Shown: in pieces, positions 48,095 to 61,056 of the stretch | How the letters are laid out: every line of letters begins with the position of its first letter | Numbering within the stretch: position 1 is the stretch's first letter | NCBI GenBank assembly: GCA_002189035.1 | Contig: NEEC01000004.1 | Location: forward strand, 4,030,001 to 4,094,000 | Reading direction: 5' to 3' | Length of the DNA stretch: 64,000 nucleotides | DNA from: Utricularia gibba | Taxonomy: Eukaryota > Plantae > Magnoliophyta | Position numbers and translations under genes: made by a program | The notes under the pieces: generated by a model | The model's input: only the letters and a program-made list of their open reading frames with translations | Told to the model about the DNA's origin: nothing | Databases searched by the model: none

Positions 48095-48999
48095 ATGGAG
48101 AGCGCCTTGCTATCATCCTGTCCCTCGGTCGCCGCCCAGCTATTCCTTTCCACTCCATTGCCATTCCGGCGGAAGAGCCTGCGTCTGCTCTGCTCGGCTT
48201 CTCCGTCTACATTAGGAAGGCGGGCGCTTCTCCTTACGGTGTCTACGCCGTTTCTGCTACCTTCTTCGGCCCTGCCGTTCCGGAATGTCGACTGCCGATA
48301 CTACAGGAAGAGATAAGGAAGCTACTGTCCAAGAACCGGGCTCCTGGTTTACTCCGCCTGGTCTTTCACGATGCTGGGACTTTCGATCTCGCCGACCAAA
48401 GTGGCGGAATGAACGGCTCTATTGTTTACGAACTCGACCGGCCTGAAAATTCCGGCCTCGCGAAGCCAGTGAAGTTTCTGGGGCTAGTGAAAAGTCAATT
48501 GGACGCAATTTGCCCCGTCTCCTGGGCCGATTTGATCGCAGTCGCCGGAGCAGAGGCGGTTTCAATCTGCGGAGGCCCTCAAATTCCTGTTCAATTAGGA
48601 AGAATAGACGCAAGTTCGCCCGATCCCGAAGCCAAACTTCCAGAAGAATCACTCGATGCTTCAACAATGAAGCGGCTATTTCAAACCAAGGGGTTCTCGG
48701 TGCAGGAAATGGTTGTCTTGTCCGGAGCGCACACCTTGGGCTCCAAAGGCTTCGGAAACCCGGTGGTGTTCGACAATTCGTACTACAAGATTCTTATGCA
48801 GAAGCCATGGGTGTCTTCTCCAAAGGGAGCGATGTCGAGCATGATCGGGCTTCCTTCAGATCGTGCACTTGCCGATGACCGAGAATGCGTCCGGTGGATA
48901 TCAAAGTACGCCGATGATCAGAACACGTTCTTCGATGATTTCAGGGATGCGTACATCAAACTTGTGAATACGGGAGCAAAGTGGAAGACCATGGCATGA
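48095..48999 (+). CDS. APX6: Ascorbate peroxidase-related (APX6/APx-R), catalytic domain intronless; the transit peptide and catalytic domain are in different frames
   Basis: LQEEIRKLLSKNRAPGLLRLVFHDAGTF...GGMNGSIVYELDRPEN...VSWADLIAVAGAEAV...LSGAHTLGSKGFG...GLPSDRAL...YIKLVNTGAKW is contiguous. MESALLSS...RRALLL is in another frame. Confidence 0.88.
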
Positions 49000-50285
49000 A
49001 CAGCATGCTGTTGATAGAGATTTTGCAGTAGTTGGGTGCTAGGAAGTTGCAGGTTTCTGGTGCATTGTACGATCACATTCTAAACCATAAAAAATACAAT
49101 TACCTGGATTCTGATCACCGCCGGTGACCTTGCTCCTCCGCCGTAGGCGTCACCGCCTCACCAGGGGCAACTGCGGTGAGCCTTAACTAAACGTTGAGGG
49201 CGTAATTGTCATTTCCACGATAAACAGTAATTTAGCCACGATTAAAAAAAAATCAATTTCCACAGTCCTGGAGTCGTTGTTTACAATTGTGAATTGCATC
49301 TGTGAGAAATCAGAGAAGCAAATGTACGGCCCATGAGATCTCATTTCTCACATCCCATGCACTCATTAGCTTTGAGCACATTTTCGAAAACTAGCCTTTT
49401 GGACTGAATCTGGCATTCGTTTATCCATCGATCTTCTTATCATGTGATAATTGTTGGTATTCTGAAACAATTTGCAGTTAAATATGCTGATTGGGTGAAA
49501 TTTGTAGCTGCTGTTGACTTGTTGCTGTTAGAAGTAAAGCAAATTTGTGGGATCAATACGCCTTTATGGGTGCTATTTCGGACATACCTTCAGGCTAAAA
49601 AGCTCAAAATCTCGTTGTCGTCTAAGAATCCCAGCTCAATATCTGGTTTTCTTCACTTCCCTGATCCACTTATTTTCTCTATCGTCGATACTGTGGAGAG
49701 ATTTCTGTTTATTTTTCATCTATTGCTTCAGTTACTACCGAAGGTTTGAGCTATTTGTTTTGTTGAGAATTGGGATTTGCTGGGTTCAGGTGGGCAGATC
49801 TAATGCTTTTTTTGTTGGTTTGTATCAGGAAGGGAAAAAAAATCCGCGTTTTCTTACAATTTGTGGTCTGATTGTGATCCTGATCGCTGCTTGCTGTCCC
49901 TAGTTATTTTGCAATTGATTTTATTTTTGTCTTGTATTGTGGTGGGGCTTCAGCTTGTAAAGAGAGATAGATAGGCTTGGTGTAATAGTCTGACCGAATT
50001 ATATGCAGAAAATGACTGCAGTGACCTTGATAGATTTGGTGTTTCTGGTGCATTTTAGGGAGTGTTTTTGTTTTCTCCTAATATTTTCTGTCGCTGAAGT
50101 GTGATGGCATGTACAAATCCAGATTTCATTGTTTCCATCTATGACTTTTGCGAATCCTAATCTTTAAGCCTAAGGAAGCTCGATAGAATTCTGTTCAGAA
50201 TCAGACTGAGAAATCACTTATGAGGTCTTGCGTTTGTAGATTTTCTGATTTATTTGATCCTGCATCCTTCTCGTTGTAGTTTGAG

Positions 50286-52472
50286 ATGGGTGTATACCTC
50301 AGTACTCCAAAAACGGACAAGTTTTCAGAAGATGGCGAGAATGATAGACTTAGGTTTGGTGTGTCATCCATGCAAGGATGGCGAGCTACAATGGAAGATG
50401 CTGTATGCTACACCTTACTTTCTTGAATGAATTTCTCTGGCTCGTGTTTTGTTTTGTTCTTAGTCCTAAATTTATGCTTTTAAGTGATTTTTTTCTTGTC
50501 GCTTCTTCTCCAGCATGCAGCTATTCCGCACTTGGATTCATTTACATCCTTCTTTGGTGTGTATGATGGCCATGGGGGTACGTACATCATGTAATTCACT
50601 TTTAAACAGCGCACATTAGGCAAATCTTCTAGAGTGCATCTGTGTCACCATTTTAGTTCTGAATGATTATGCATTCCATTAGCCATTCTCTGGTTTGATA
50701 ACTGTAATGGAAGCCATTCTCTTTGCAATTTATCATTTTTATCCCTATTGGATGGTTTTGTTTTCGGTTCGCAGGGAAGGTGGTTGCAAAATTCTGTGCC
50801 AAGTACCTTCACCAGCAAGTGCTCAAGAATGAAGAATATTCATCGGGAGATGTAGGGACTTCCATTCATAAAGCATTTTTCAGGTATACAATACCCTGTT
50901 AATAGTATGCTGTTTTCAGGAGCTGTCCCCTTCTTCTGAGCCTTTAAAGAGTAATTTGTCAACTTTCTAAACGCCTCTGCGTCTTTGTTTTTTTACCTTG
51001 CATATTTGTACCCTTACTTTCTTAGAACAAGCTGTTTGAAGCGCAATTCTCTCTCTTTGTTTGTTCCTTCTAGTCAATATCTTTTAGTCTTTAGGCTATA
51101 TTGATAAGTAAACGAAACGCCCTCTAAATGTTTATTCTTCTGGAATTGAATACCTTACAATGATTGAACATTCACGATTCAGGATGGATGAGATGATGCG
51201 TGGTCAAAGAGGTTGGAGGGAGTTGGCAGTTCTTGGAGATAAAATTAACAAGTTCACCGGTTTGATAGAAGGTTTTATTTGGTCCCCAAAAGCTGCGGAA
51301 AAGAATGACCAAGTTGATGATTGGGCATTTGAAGAGGTATCTGAATGAACAGCCAGATACATATGCTCTTCTCTTCTTAAAACTCGTTTATTTATAACTT
51401 CACAAAGTCTTCTGGAGCCAGATACATATGCCTCTATCCTTAACTCGTTTCTATTACTCAGTTTTTGCTTGATATTGTGTGCAGGGACCACATTCCAATT
51501 TTGCTGGGCCGACATCTGGTTGTACTGCTTGTGTTGCTCTTGTTAGGGAGAACCAACTTATTGTAGCTAATGCCGGAGATTCTCGTTGTGTGATCTCCCG
51601 TAATGGCCGGGTACTTGACCATACACTACATTTCAAAGATCCACTGAGCTGAGTTGATGGGACCAAATACCATGCTTCTGTTTCTTTTTTAGGCCTACAA
51701 TCTGTCGAGAGACCATAAACCCGATCTCGAAGCTGAAAAGGATAGAATCCTAAAAGCAGGTGGATTCATCCATGCAGGCCGTGTGAACGGAAGCTTGAAT
51801 CTCGCTAGAGCTATTGGTGCATGGCATTTTCCATCCCTGGTTCTTCCTTATGATCGTAGCTAACAACTGATTTGCTTGACTTCATTGCAGGTGATATGGA
51901 ATTCAAGCAAAATAAGTTTTTGCCTGCTGAAAAGCAAATAGTCACTGCAAATCCAGATATAAACACTGTATGCATGCTGTCCCCTTAAGCTGTATTCTGC
52001 AGGCCGCATTATCATGTACCGCTGTCTTTTTGTATCAGGTGGAACTCTGCGAAGATGATGAATTTCTGGTTTTGGCCTGCGATGGTGTTTGGTAAGCAGC
52101 AATCCTGGTCATTGTTTGAGTAGTTCAAGTGTCCTATGGTAAAGCATATCTGGTCCCTTTCTCAGGGATTGCATGTCAAGCCAGCAACTAGTCGATTTCG
52201 TAACAGAGCAGCTAAAATCTGTAAGTTGTGCATCAATTCTCACCCTCTCCACAGCAGGGGAGTCACTCACTGGGTGGCAAATGCAGGAGAGTAAGCTTTC
52301 TGTAGTCTGCGAACGGGTGCTCGATAGATGCCTCGCACCATCGACTGTAGGAGGGGAGGGCTGCGATAACATGACCATGATTTTGGTTGAGTTCAAGAAA
52401 AGCAGCTGCGCATCCGTTGATTCTACTACAGCCACTAGTTGTTTGGTTGAGAAAGAAACCACCTCAAGTTGA
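50286..52472 (+). CDS. Protein phosphatase 2C (PPM1G-like, [10 protein letters not shown] type)
   Basis: [39 protein letters not shown]; FFGVYDGHG; [10 protein letters not shown]; [14 protein letters not shown]; LACDGVWD; GGEGCDNMT. Confidence 0.95.
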
Positions 52473-52838
52473 AGCAGCTGATAAAGCAAGTGCGAAACCT
52501 GGTTTTCTGGGGTGCACTGTACATAAATATGCAGGATTTGGTGCACCCCATTTTGACTCTTGGCCTGTGAGTTCTCTTCCTGATGGCTGCCTGGTTTAAC
52601 CTGCTTTTGCATAAACTCCGATTCACTTCGAAGTAGTTTGAGCGTTTTGGATGTTATAAGTTCCAGTCGGATGTAAGATCTGAACAATGCTATCTAGAAA
52701 CCATTTAGTCAATCAAATTCTCAAGATTCCGCAATGACTAAGAAGCAAACATGAGTGCCCCTCGAGGCAGAAAGCAGGAAAAAGAACAGACACCATTTGA
52801 GAATCTGAAGGGGTTCCCATGGGGATGAAATCCATTGC

Positions 52839-54638
52839 CTAGTCTTTACGGAGCTCCATATACTCACGTCGTACTCCACTTCCGTTCAAGACGAGGATTT
52901 CCAGCCTATCTCCCTGTGAGGAAAAGGAAGTTGATAAGACATTTCTTTCGAAAAGAGTGGTGAGGCAAGGCTCTATCTCATCTAAGGAGAAAGGAGCTCG
53001 AGCTACAAAATTTGAAGGATGACAGTGCTTCGTGGATATTAAGCGGTCAAGAATGACAGTCAAATACCGTATAAATATCCCTTTCAGTGGCAGATGCAAA
53101 GCACGTTTTCACCAAGTCAATGGCCTCCGTTTCAGAGAGAGGAGTAATTGCATCCTGAGATAATTTATAGTTTTCAGACCATGAAACTAAGGAACTTATG
53201 CAGATGGAAAGAGTCTCCATTTAATGATAGTGGACGCACCCTTGCAGGTAATAAGAGAGGACTTGGAGATTTGAGTTGGTTGTCCAAAAATGGAGTGATG
53301 AGAGTAGCTCCGGAACCTTGAGCACTGTATCCCACCCTCTCATAAGACCCCACAGCATCATAGGTAAAAACACAACCCTTACCTTCATTAGTCGAAACAA
53401 GAAGCATGTAAATAAAAGAAAGATTTGTTCTCTACGACCGAATGCATGTTGCCATCCTTACCTTCACTGTCAAGGCCACCCAATACATTGAAAGCATAGT
53501 AAGGGAAGAAACGCTTGTGGTACAGGGTGTTTGAGAGAAGCTGCGCCATTGCAGGGCAGCTCATTTGCTTGTTATGCTGGTGTTGGTAGAGCTGTGATTT
53601 GCAACATTATTATATCATGAGAAAAAGGGAATTACAAGTAATTTCGGATATCAGATAATGATTTAAGAAAACAGCTCATTATCTATTTCTATGAAGCTAA
53701 CAAGTTCCAATGTATAACATTGTTGAATAACTCACCAAGTGCCTAGCAGACAACACCTTTTGTAGAGCTCTAACATCAGCCTGGAACCCTGAGGATGCCA
53801 TCACCGATTTGTCTGCTCTGTATTGTTAACACAAAGAAAATCACTACAACGAACAAAGGTTGACATGAGAGATTGCTAGAAAAAAATACATCAAATTAAA
53901 CAAGAAGCGCCAAATTCATACTTCCTCAAAAATAACATGGATCCTACAAAAATTATACTCTGAACAGAAGCACCAAATCAGCAGGATTGAAGGAACGTGA
54001 GTTCAAATAAATTCACTTTTTTCTTAAACCGCATAAAGCCCATAGTAGTCGAACAGCACTTTAAGGAGTTTATACACTGCGTCTTGTAGAGAATCATAGA
54101 GGCAAAACTTAATAGATCCCTATGATGAAGATCTTTTTTTTTTCGCATTTTTTTGGTCTTGTGGTGGACTATAATTCTGCACCAAATTAAGGAAGGCTTC
54201 TCACATTTAATCAAAAACTCTTGATAACATAACACACAAAGAAGTTTAACGGAAACCTGACTCTCCTGTGATACCACCCCACTAAAGGCAATCAGAAAGA
54301 GCACACAGAAAACGCCAATCAGATGCCCTTGACCACAAATAATGAACCCAAAAATTAAATTCGTGAGTAATCAGCACCAAATTCGAAACTTTACAGCTGA
54401 ATAATTTTAGAGTAGTCCCGAGTAAGAATGTTATAGCCAGTGGACATTCGAGTATCGGACGCGATCACGCAGTAGTCAGCTCCAGCAATCGCAACGCAGG
54501 TCCTAAATACAACAACAGCCTTATCAACACCGTAAGCACGCCTTCGAATCTTTTCCATCAAGAAAAAAAAAAAAACTGGGATTCAGCTTACCCGCCATTG
54601 TTATCGTAAGGAGACCAATTTGCTCGTTGCTTTGTCAT
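52839..54638 (-). CDS. PBF1: 20S proteasome subunit beta type-1 (beta6)
   Basis: MTKQRANWSPYDNNGG|TCVAIAGADY...; KQMSCPAMAQLLSNTLY; GKGCVFTYDAVGSYERVGYSAQGSG; GDRLEILVLNGSGVRREYMELRKD*. Confidence 0.96.
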
Positions 54639-55859
54639 TGGAAAACTTCGAACAGAAACCAGATCCTCAAGAGACAAAGAAAACACGCGATTTAGGGTTC
54701 CAAAATCTGTATACAAATCCTCACCAAGTATGAATATTTATTTTTTATTTTTTATTTTAACAAAAAGGCTCTTCTCGTGATGTCTTTTCTTTTCTCTCAA
54801 GAAATTGGACGACAGGCGACTTGGGAAATATTGTCGTGTAATAATAGAAATAAAAATTAGAAAAATAAAATAAAATAGCGGTTTATAAAATTAATTTGTA
54901 TTGAATTATATGTATTAATATTTAATTTGATAATAAATTATATTAATATTATAGATTAATTATTAATATACGTTTCTCTTATTATTTGATTCATGATGAA
55001 ATACAATTATACAAACTCATAATTTATATATATTTCATTAATCCTATAATGTAAAAATTATCCTCAATCATCTATTTCACTTTCCATTTTTTATTCACAA
55101 ATTTGTTGTTAATATCAATTTAATTTTTTATTTTTATTAACAAAAAATTATTTATATTTAATATCAAACAAATTGAAATATAGTACAAAATGATTGTTAA
55201 ACAGTTTGTTGAATCAATCTGATAATGATATAAGCTCAGGGCCAGCCCAATAAGAACGGCCTTATTGAGTATTCAATTCGGCCCAGTTCTGTAAAAGGCC
55301 AGCCCAACATTTAATAATTACACAAATATTAATCATATATTTATATATAAAAAGGTTGTCCTCTATGAAGATGTTCGGTTTTTTTTTCTCCGCCTTGGTT
55401 CGTCATGCAATCAACAGGTGGCGGCTTCGTATCTCCATGAACGGAATCTCCAAGGTTTTCGGGTGTTTCCTGAGCCGCTGAACATTGGAACCAGCGTCAC
55501 CCATCGGTCCTCCATGGAAACTACTGTGTGTGGAGACCACAATGATTTTCAACTTATATTCAAGTTTTACCGGTGGCTGCTGCTTCACCCCTTTCTGCAA
55601 TGGCTTTCAACAAAGGGTTTATACTTACCAAAGTGAGCATTAGAGAAAAAGAGTAGGAGAAGTGTTTTATTGAATTTTGAACCACACGATAAGATACAAG
55701 AGATGATATTCAAATAGAATCTTCAAGATGATTAAAAATTCATTTTTTTTCTTCCTTGATTGATAGACTACTTTGATTTTATCCTTTAAATTAAGGGATA
55801 AGCACGTGGCTCTCTTTCAATAGCATGTGACTTAATTACTTCATTGACACAAAAGATGA

Positions 55860-56640
55860 TCTTTGGACTATTCTTCTCCTCATCACATCTTGGTAGAGGT
55901 AGTGTCTTGCCTTGTGAAAGTGAGATACTGCAAAGCTCTAATCAAGACTCTAAAAGGTGTAGGACTTGCAAGAGTTTCAGCCTTTGTTGGAGGTGTGACC
56001 TTAGTTGCTTGGAGAGTTAGTGCTGATTTACAATCTTGTAAAACAAACTTATCAAAAATAGATAAGGCATAGGACTTTTGTGTTTTGTACCACTTGTACA
56101 CCAAGAAAATAATGCAAGAACCCAAGATTCTTCATAGCAAACTCTGAGGATAGTCACTCAATTAGTTTAGTTACATTGCGCATGGCATACCGTTTCGAAG
56201 TTCGTTTCGAGATGATCATCTTTCCTGTTGAAAGCTTCTTCATCATCCTTGGACGAAGACGCTTTCAACAGGAAAGATGACCAGCTCGGAATGAGCTTTG
56301 AAACGGTATGCCGTGCGCATAGTAATAAAACCAAAGTATCATTACCAATATATGAAATGAAGAGTGAAAGATCCACAAGACTGTACAAGAAATCAATATG
56401 TAAGAGAAATGAACTAAATCAATCATACCATGGCTTTGGTGCTTGTTTTAACCCATATAATGTTTGAGTAAGATTGCAAACATGTGTTGGAAATACCTTG
56501 TTTTTCATACTTGGAGGATGTTTCATGAAAATATCCTTATAGATATGATCATGCATAAAAACATTCTTAACATCAAGTTGATATATCTTCCATCCATTAC
56601 TCAATCCAATAGACATGATACGACCTATGATGTTTGGTTG
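55860..56640 (-). mobile_element. Degenerate Copia reverse-transcriptase fragment
   Basis: WKIYQLDVKNVFMH...LYGLKQAPKPWYD; DLSLFISYIGNDTLVLLL; EFAMKNLGFLHYFLGV; RVLIRALQYLTFTRQD. Confidence 0.85.
56177..56319 (+). ncRNA. Candidate hairpin RNA / MIRNA-like foldback (68-bp stem, 7-nt loop)
   Basis: 56177-56244 pairs with 56252-56319: 59 Watson-Crick pairs, 5 G:U (on +) and 4 mismatches. The inverted repeat is certain; expression is unknown. Confidence 0.4.
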
Positions 56641-56913
56641 AATAACATGAGAAAAAGTTTCAGTATAATTATTTTATTGAATTTTGAACCACACAATAAA
56701 ATACAAGAGATAGATGTTTAAATAGATTGTTAGAATTGATTATAGATCCATTTTTTTTATTCTTTAAATTATAGATCCATTTTTTAAAAAATACAAAATA
56801 TACTTTGACTTTATTCCTTAAATTAAGGGATAATAATGTGCCTCTATTTCAACACCACAACACCATATTAAACCTGCATTAATTCCTTATATTCATGTTT
56901 GATCGGTGGCTGC

Positions 56914-57088
56914 CAGAGGCGGATCTAAGCAGGGCTAAACTGGGGTTCAGCCCAGTCCAAAAAAAGTTTAAAAAATCAATATTAAAATATAAAAGATTTA
57001 ATATATTTAAAATTTGTTTTACTATTGAATTTTATTTTATTAATTTTAAATTAGCACCCCCCATAAATTTGATTAACATCCGCTACTG
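56914..57088. mobile_element. hAT-type MITE (175 bp) with 8-bp TSD
   Basis: TIRs CAGAGGCGGAT / ATCCGCTACTG. GTGGCTGC duplicated at 56906-56913 and 57089-57096. AT-rich core. Confidence 0.9.
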
Positions 57089-58257
57089 GTGGCTGCTGCT
57101 TCACACCTCTCTGCAATGGCTTTCGAGCATAGCGTTTATGGGTACCAAAGTGAGCATTATTCAGGTCATCCCAGGATTTGGCGCCTGAATATCGCGACGG
57201 ATATCGCCTCTCGCCACGAGATACACCCTTGGTCATATGAATGGATCCGGGTTCTGTGGTTGGCGACTTCTGCCTTCAATTTCATCCCACTCACTCCAGG
57301 AGAAGTTCATCTCTCGCAACCTCCGTCGGTCGACGCCGTTTGCTCTCGGGAATCCCGACAGAGACTCAATATTCAGACCGTCTTGAGACTTGTGTCGAGG
57401 GACCTTTCACTCATTTTTGTGGGTCGTGGCTTTTAGACTCGGTCGTCCATGTCGTCTGCATTAAACAGCAGAGGGACAACTTCTTCCGGAATTCAGAGAG
57501 CTTCACTTTCTATCTTCAGTGACCCCCACACGAGCACCAATAAAAAATAAAGCGGTGAAAAACAGACACCCCCGAGTCCCCCACCCGACGACCACATTCA
57601 TTCATGAATTGGGAGCATGAGTAATCGCAGGTTCAAAGAAGATATCTTTGTAAATCGGGAGGAGTAATGTCAAAGGCGGCTGGGAACATTTAACTCCTTT
57701 AATTCCTCCTCCGAGGTCGGTGGGCCATCAGCATGAACTCCTCTTTCGTATTAATGTCGTTGGTGTACCCATATAAATACGTAAACAACTGCACGCTACA
57801 CAGGCTTTGGTTTGGTTTGGCATCGGGAGAAAGCTCTGAGAGCACCGGCTATGCGCATTGCCGAGTAAAGATTGAAGAGTAAGGGTAGTTTGACTCTTGT
57901 GATTATTCATGTCTTGTTGCTTGGTTGATGTTTCCTGGGCTCATCAAGGGCACGTTTTCAAGGGTGTAGTGCTGGAAAAAGCTGTTACAGTGTTTCCTGC
58001 TGTTTGTTCGTGGGTTTTTTTCTCCTTGTGCTCGTGACCTGTTGACAAGTTGACAAGCTGAAGCCAAATGTCATTTCATGCAGCGTAGCATGAACCTCCA
58101 TTGTTCTCTGGTTTTGCAGATTCCTCCTTTAGTTGACGTTTTGCACCATTTCCGGAGTTAGCTTCTCAAGTGTGATTTGGAGAAGCTTGACGAGGTGCAA
58201 GCCTTTATTCTTTCGGCATCTTGGAGAGGCTAATTTTGCACTCTCCTACCTTCAAAG

Positions 58258-60780
58258 ATGAAGTTCATGAAACTGGGATCAAAGCCCGATTCATTTGAGA
58301 AAGTTGACGGCTGCGTGAGGTAACTCATCTGCCCACCCTTCTGCAATTCATCTGGTGGATCTTCTTGCAATTATATACCGGAAACCTGAGCAAATGTTCC
58401 AGTGTTTGCATTTTTTTTCGATTTCACTAAACACTGAAGTGGCTTGAATCCTGATAACATCCTGTCAAGCACGAACATATCAATTCTTGATTGCAGACCC
58501 TTGATCTTAGGTTCTTTTCTATACTCCCTGTAAAAGAAACCAAAAGTCTGGCGATCACGAAGGTGGTCCAACATGGTTTTATTGCCCGTAGACCAGAATT
58601 TGTGGTCAATTCTTGTGATCAAGACCGGATTTTCATGTTCTGTAGTGCTATAGGTAGCATTTATGATTAAGGGTCCATTGCAGCTGTAAAGCTAAATACC
58701 AAATTGGGCTTGGTGAAGATGATAACTTCAGTAAATGACTATAACCCGTTGGATTAATTTTATGGTCCTTTGTAGCTTGTCGACTACTTACAGCTTTTTG
58801 AGAACAATTTTGCAGGTGTGTGTCATCCGAATTGGAAGCTGATGTTATCATAAAAGTTGATGACCATAAGTTCTACCTGCACAAGGTGATCATTTTTGTT
58901 GTTGGATTCTGATTGGTTTAGTCTTCAAGGTCTTCTTCTAAAAAAACCTGTTGTTTGATGGTTTAACAGTTCCCTCTTTTGTCAAAGAGCAACATATTAA
59001 GAAGGCTTTTTCGTGAAGCTAGTGAAGAAAAAAATGATGAAATCCACTTGGTTGATTTTCCGGGAGGGCCTAAAGCATTTGAACTGTGTGCTAAATTCTG
59101 CTATGGCATAACTGTGACCTTGAATGCCTACAATGTTGTTGCCATTCTCTGTGCGGCAGAGTATCTTGAGATGACAGAGGAGATGGACAGGGGGAACCTC
59201 ATCTTAAAGATTGAGGTGTTCCTTAATTCGAGTGTTTTACGATCATGGAAGGATACCATCATTGTTCTTCAGACAACCGGTTTTCTTCTTCCCTGGTCAG
59301 AACATCTGAAAATAGCAGGCAGATGCATTGATGCCATTGCATCTAAAACTTCAGTTGATCCTTCCTTGATCACATGGTCTTATACTTACAGCCGGAAAAC
59401 AGCAAGATTGAGTGAGATTATGCAGACCGGAATAAAGTCGCCAAAGAAAATGGAGTCTGTGCCTAAAGATTGGTGGATTGAAGACATTTGTGAACTGGAC
59501 ATTGATCTTTACAAAAGAGTGATGGTTGCAATAAAAGCAAAAGGTCGTATGGATGGAGTCCTCATAGGGGAGGCACTCAAGGCCTATGCAATCAGATGGT
59601 TGCCAGACACAGTTGATGCATTGGTTTCTGAAAGCCATGTTCTCAGGAACAAATCTATAGTACAGACCATGATTTGCTTGCTTCCTTCTGATAAGGGTAT
59701 GGCATGTTCCTGCAGCTTTTTGTTGAAATTGCTTAAAGTTTCAATCTTGATTGGTGTTGATGGTTCGTCCATTGAAGATCTGGTTGATGCTATCGCTTTG
59801 AACTTAGAGGAGGCTTCTGTCAATGATCTACTGATTCCTGCAAGGCCACCGCAGGCTACAACATACGATATCGAACTTGTCCTGCAACTATTGGAGAAGT
59901 TCGTGGCATCACGGGAACAGAACTGCGAAACAAAGGCGATTAAGAACAACACAAATGAGAGTGATTTGGTTCTGGGTCATGGATCCTGGTTGAAGGTTGG
60001 GAAACTAATTGACTGCTATCTAGAAAAAGTGGCTCGTGATCAGAATCTCTCAGTGGCTAGTTTCACCAAGTTATCCCAGATGGTTCCAAAGTCCGCTAGG
60101 CCTGTTCACGATGGACTGTACAGAGCCATTGACATCTACTTGAAGGTATATATATGCACGAGTGTTGCTTGCTATACAGAGTGGTTGCACTCGAAAGCTT
60201 TTCATTCTTTTCCTGTATTATGCCGGTTTCTTCACTCCTGCATGTATTGCTTGTGTAGGAACACAGGAATCTAACGAAGGTGGAGAGAAAAAGCCTATGT
60301 GAGCTTATGGATGTGAAGGCTTTAACAACAGAAGCAGCTATGGATGCTGCACAAAACGAGCAGCTCCCTCTCCGTGTAGTGGTTCAAGTTCTCTTCTTTG
60401 ACCATGCAAGGGCAGTAGCAGCTGCTCTTTGTGCTGCTAAAAACGCCAGTAAAAGCATGAGTGAACCTGTGCAGATCGACGAGAAAACAGAGCCTGATTT
60501 GTTCAGAGATGAAATGAGCAATCTAAAAATCGGAGAGGAATCACTTCCAGATGCAAAGCTTTCTAAGAAGGGTAGCATGAACAGAGGAGCAGGGCCACGG
60601 TTGCTGCCGTTGCGATCTGGTAGAATTCTTGATAACTTGTGGCTTGTCCGTAAAGGGGTCACTGCAAGTGTAGAGAACAAGAGCTCTGAGACTTCTATCA
60701 GCTCACAGAGCCCAACTTCTGTGGTCCGTGGTGCAGTAAAATCCTCTGTTGAGAGAAACCGAAGGCATTCTATATCATAG
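58258..60780 (+). CDS. NPY1: BTB/POZ-NPH3 protein of the NPY/MAB4 family
   Basis: MKFMKLGSKPDSF; FYLHK|FPLLSKSN; FPGGPKAFELCAKFCYG; KDWWIEDI; HDGLYRAIDIYLK; QNEQLPLRVVVQVLFF; C-terminal RRHSIS*. Confidence 0.92.
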
Positions 60781-61056
60781 AGGCTCCTCTTTCAAGGGAA
60801 TTCTCCTACTTGTAAATATAGAGCTTAGGATTGTTTCCCTAACACATTAATTCTTCTTACAATGTCTGGTAGGACTAAGTTCATTTCAACATATTGAAAG
60901 AACAGGATCAAGTTCTTTGTATTCTGTTCCATTTCGAATCACACAGCTTGTTATGTATTGAATTGAATTTGAATTTGATACTCTATAAATAAAATGCGAA
61001 TCAGTTACAATCTAGAAGCTACACCATAATGATATGATTTCGACATGAGGTATTAG

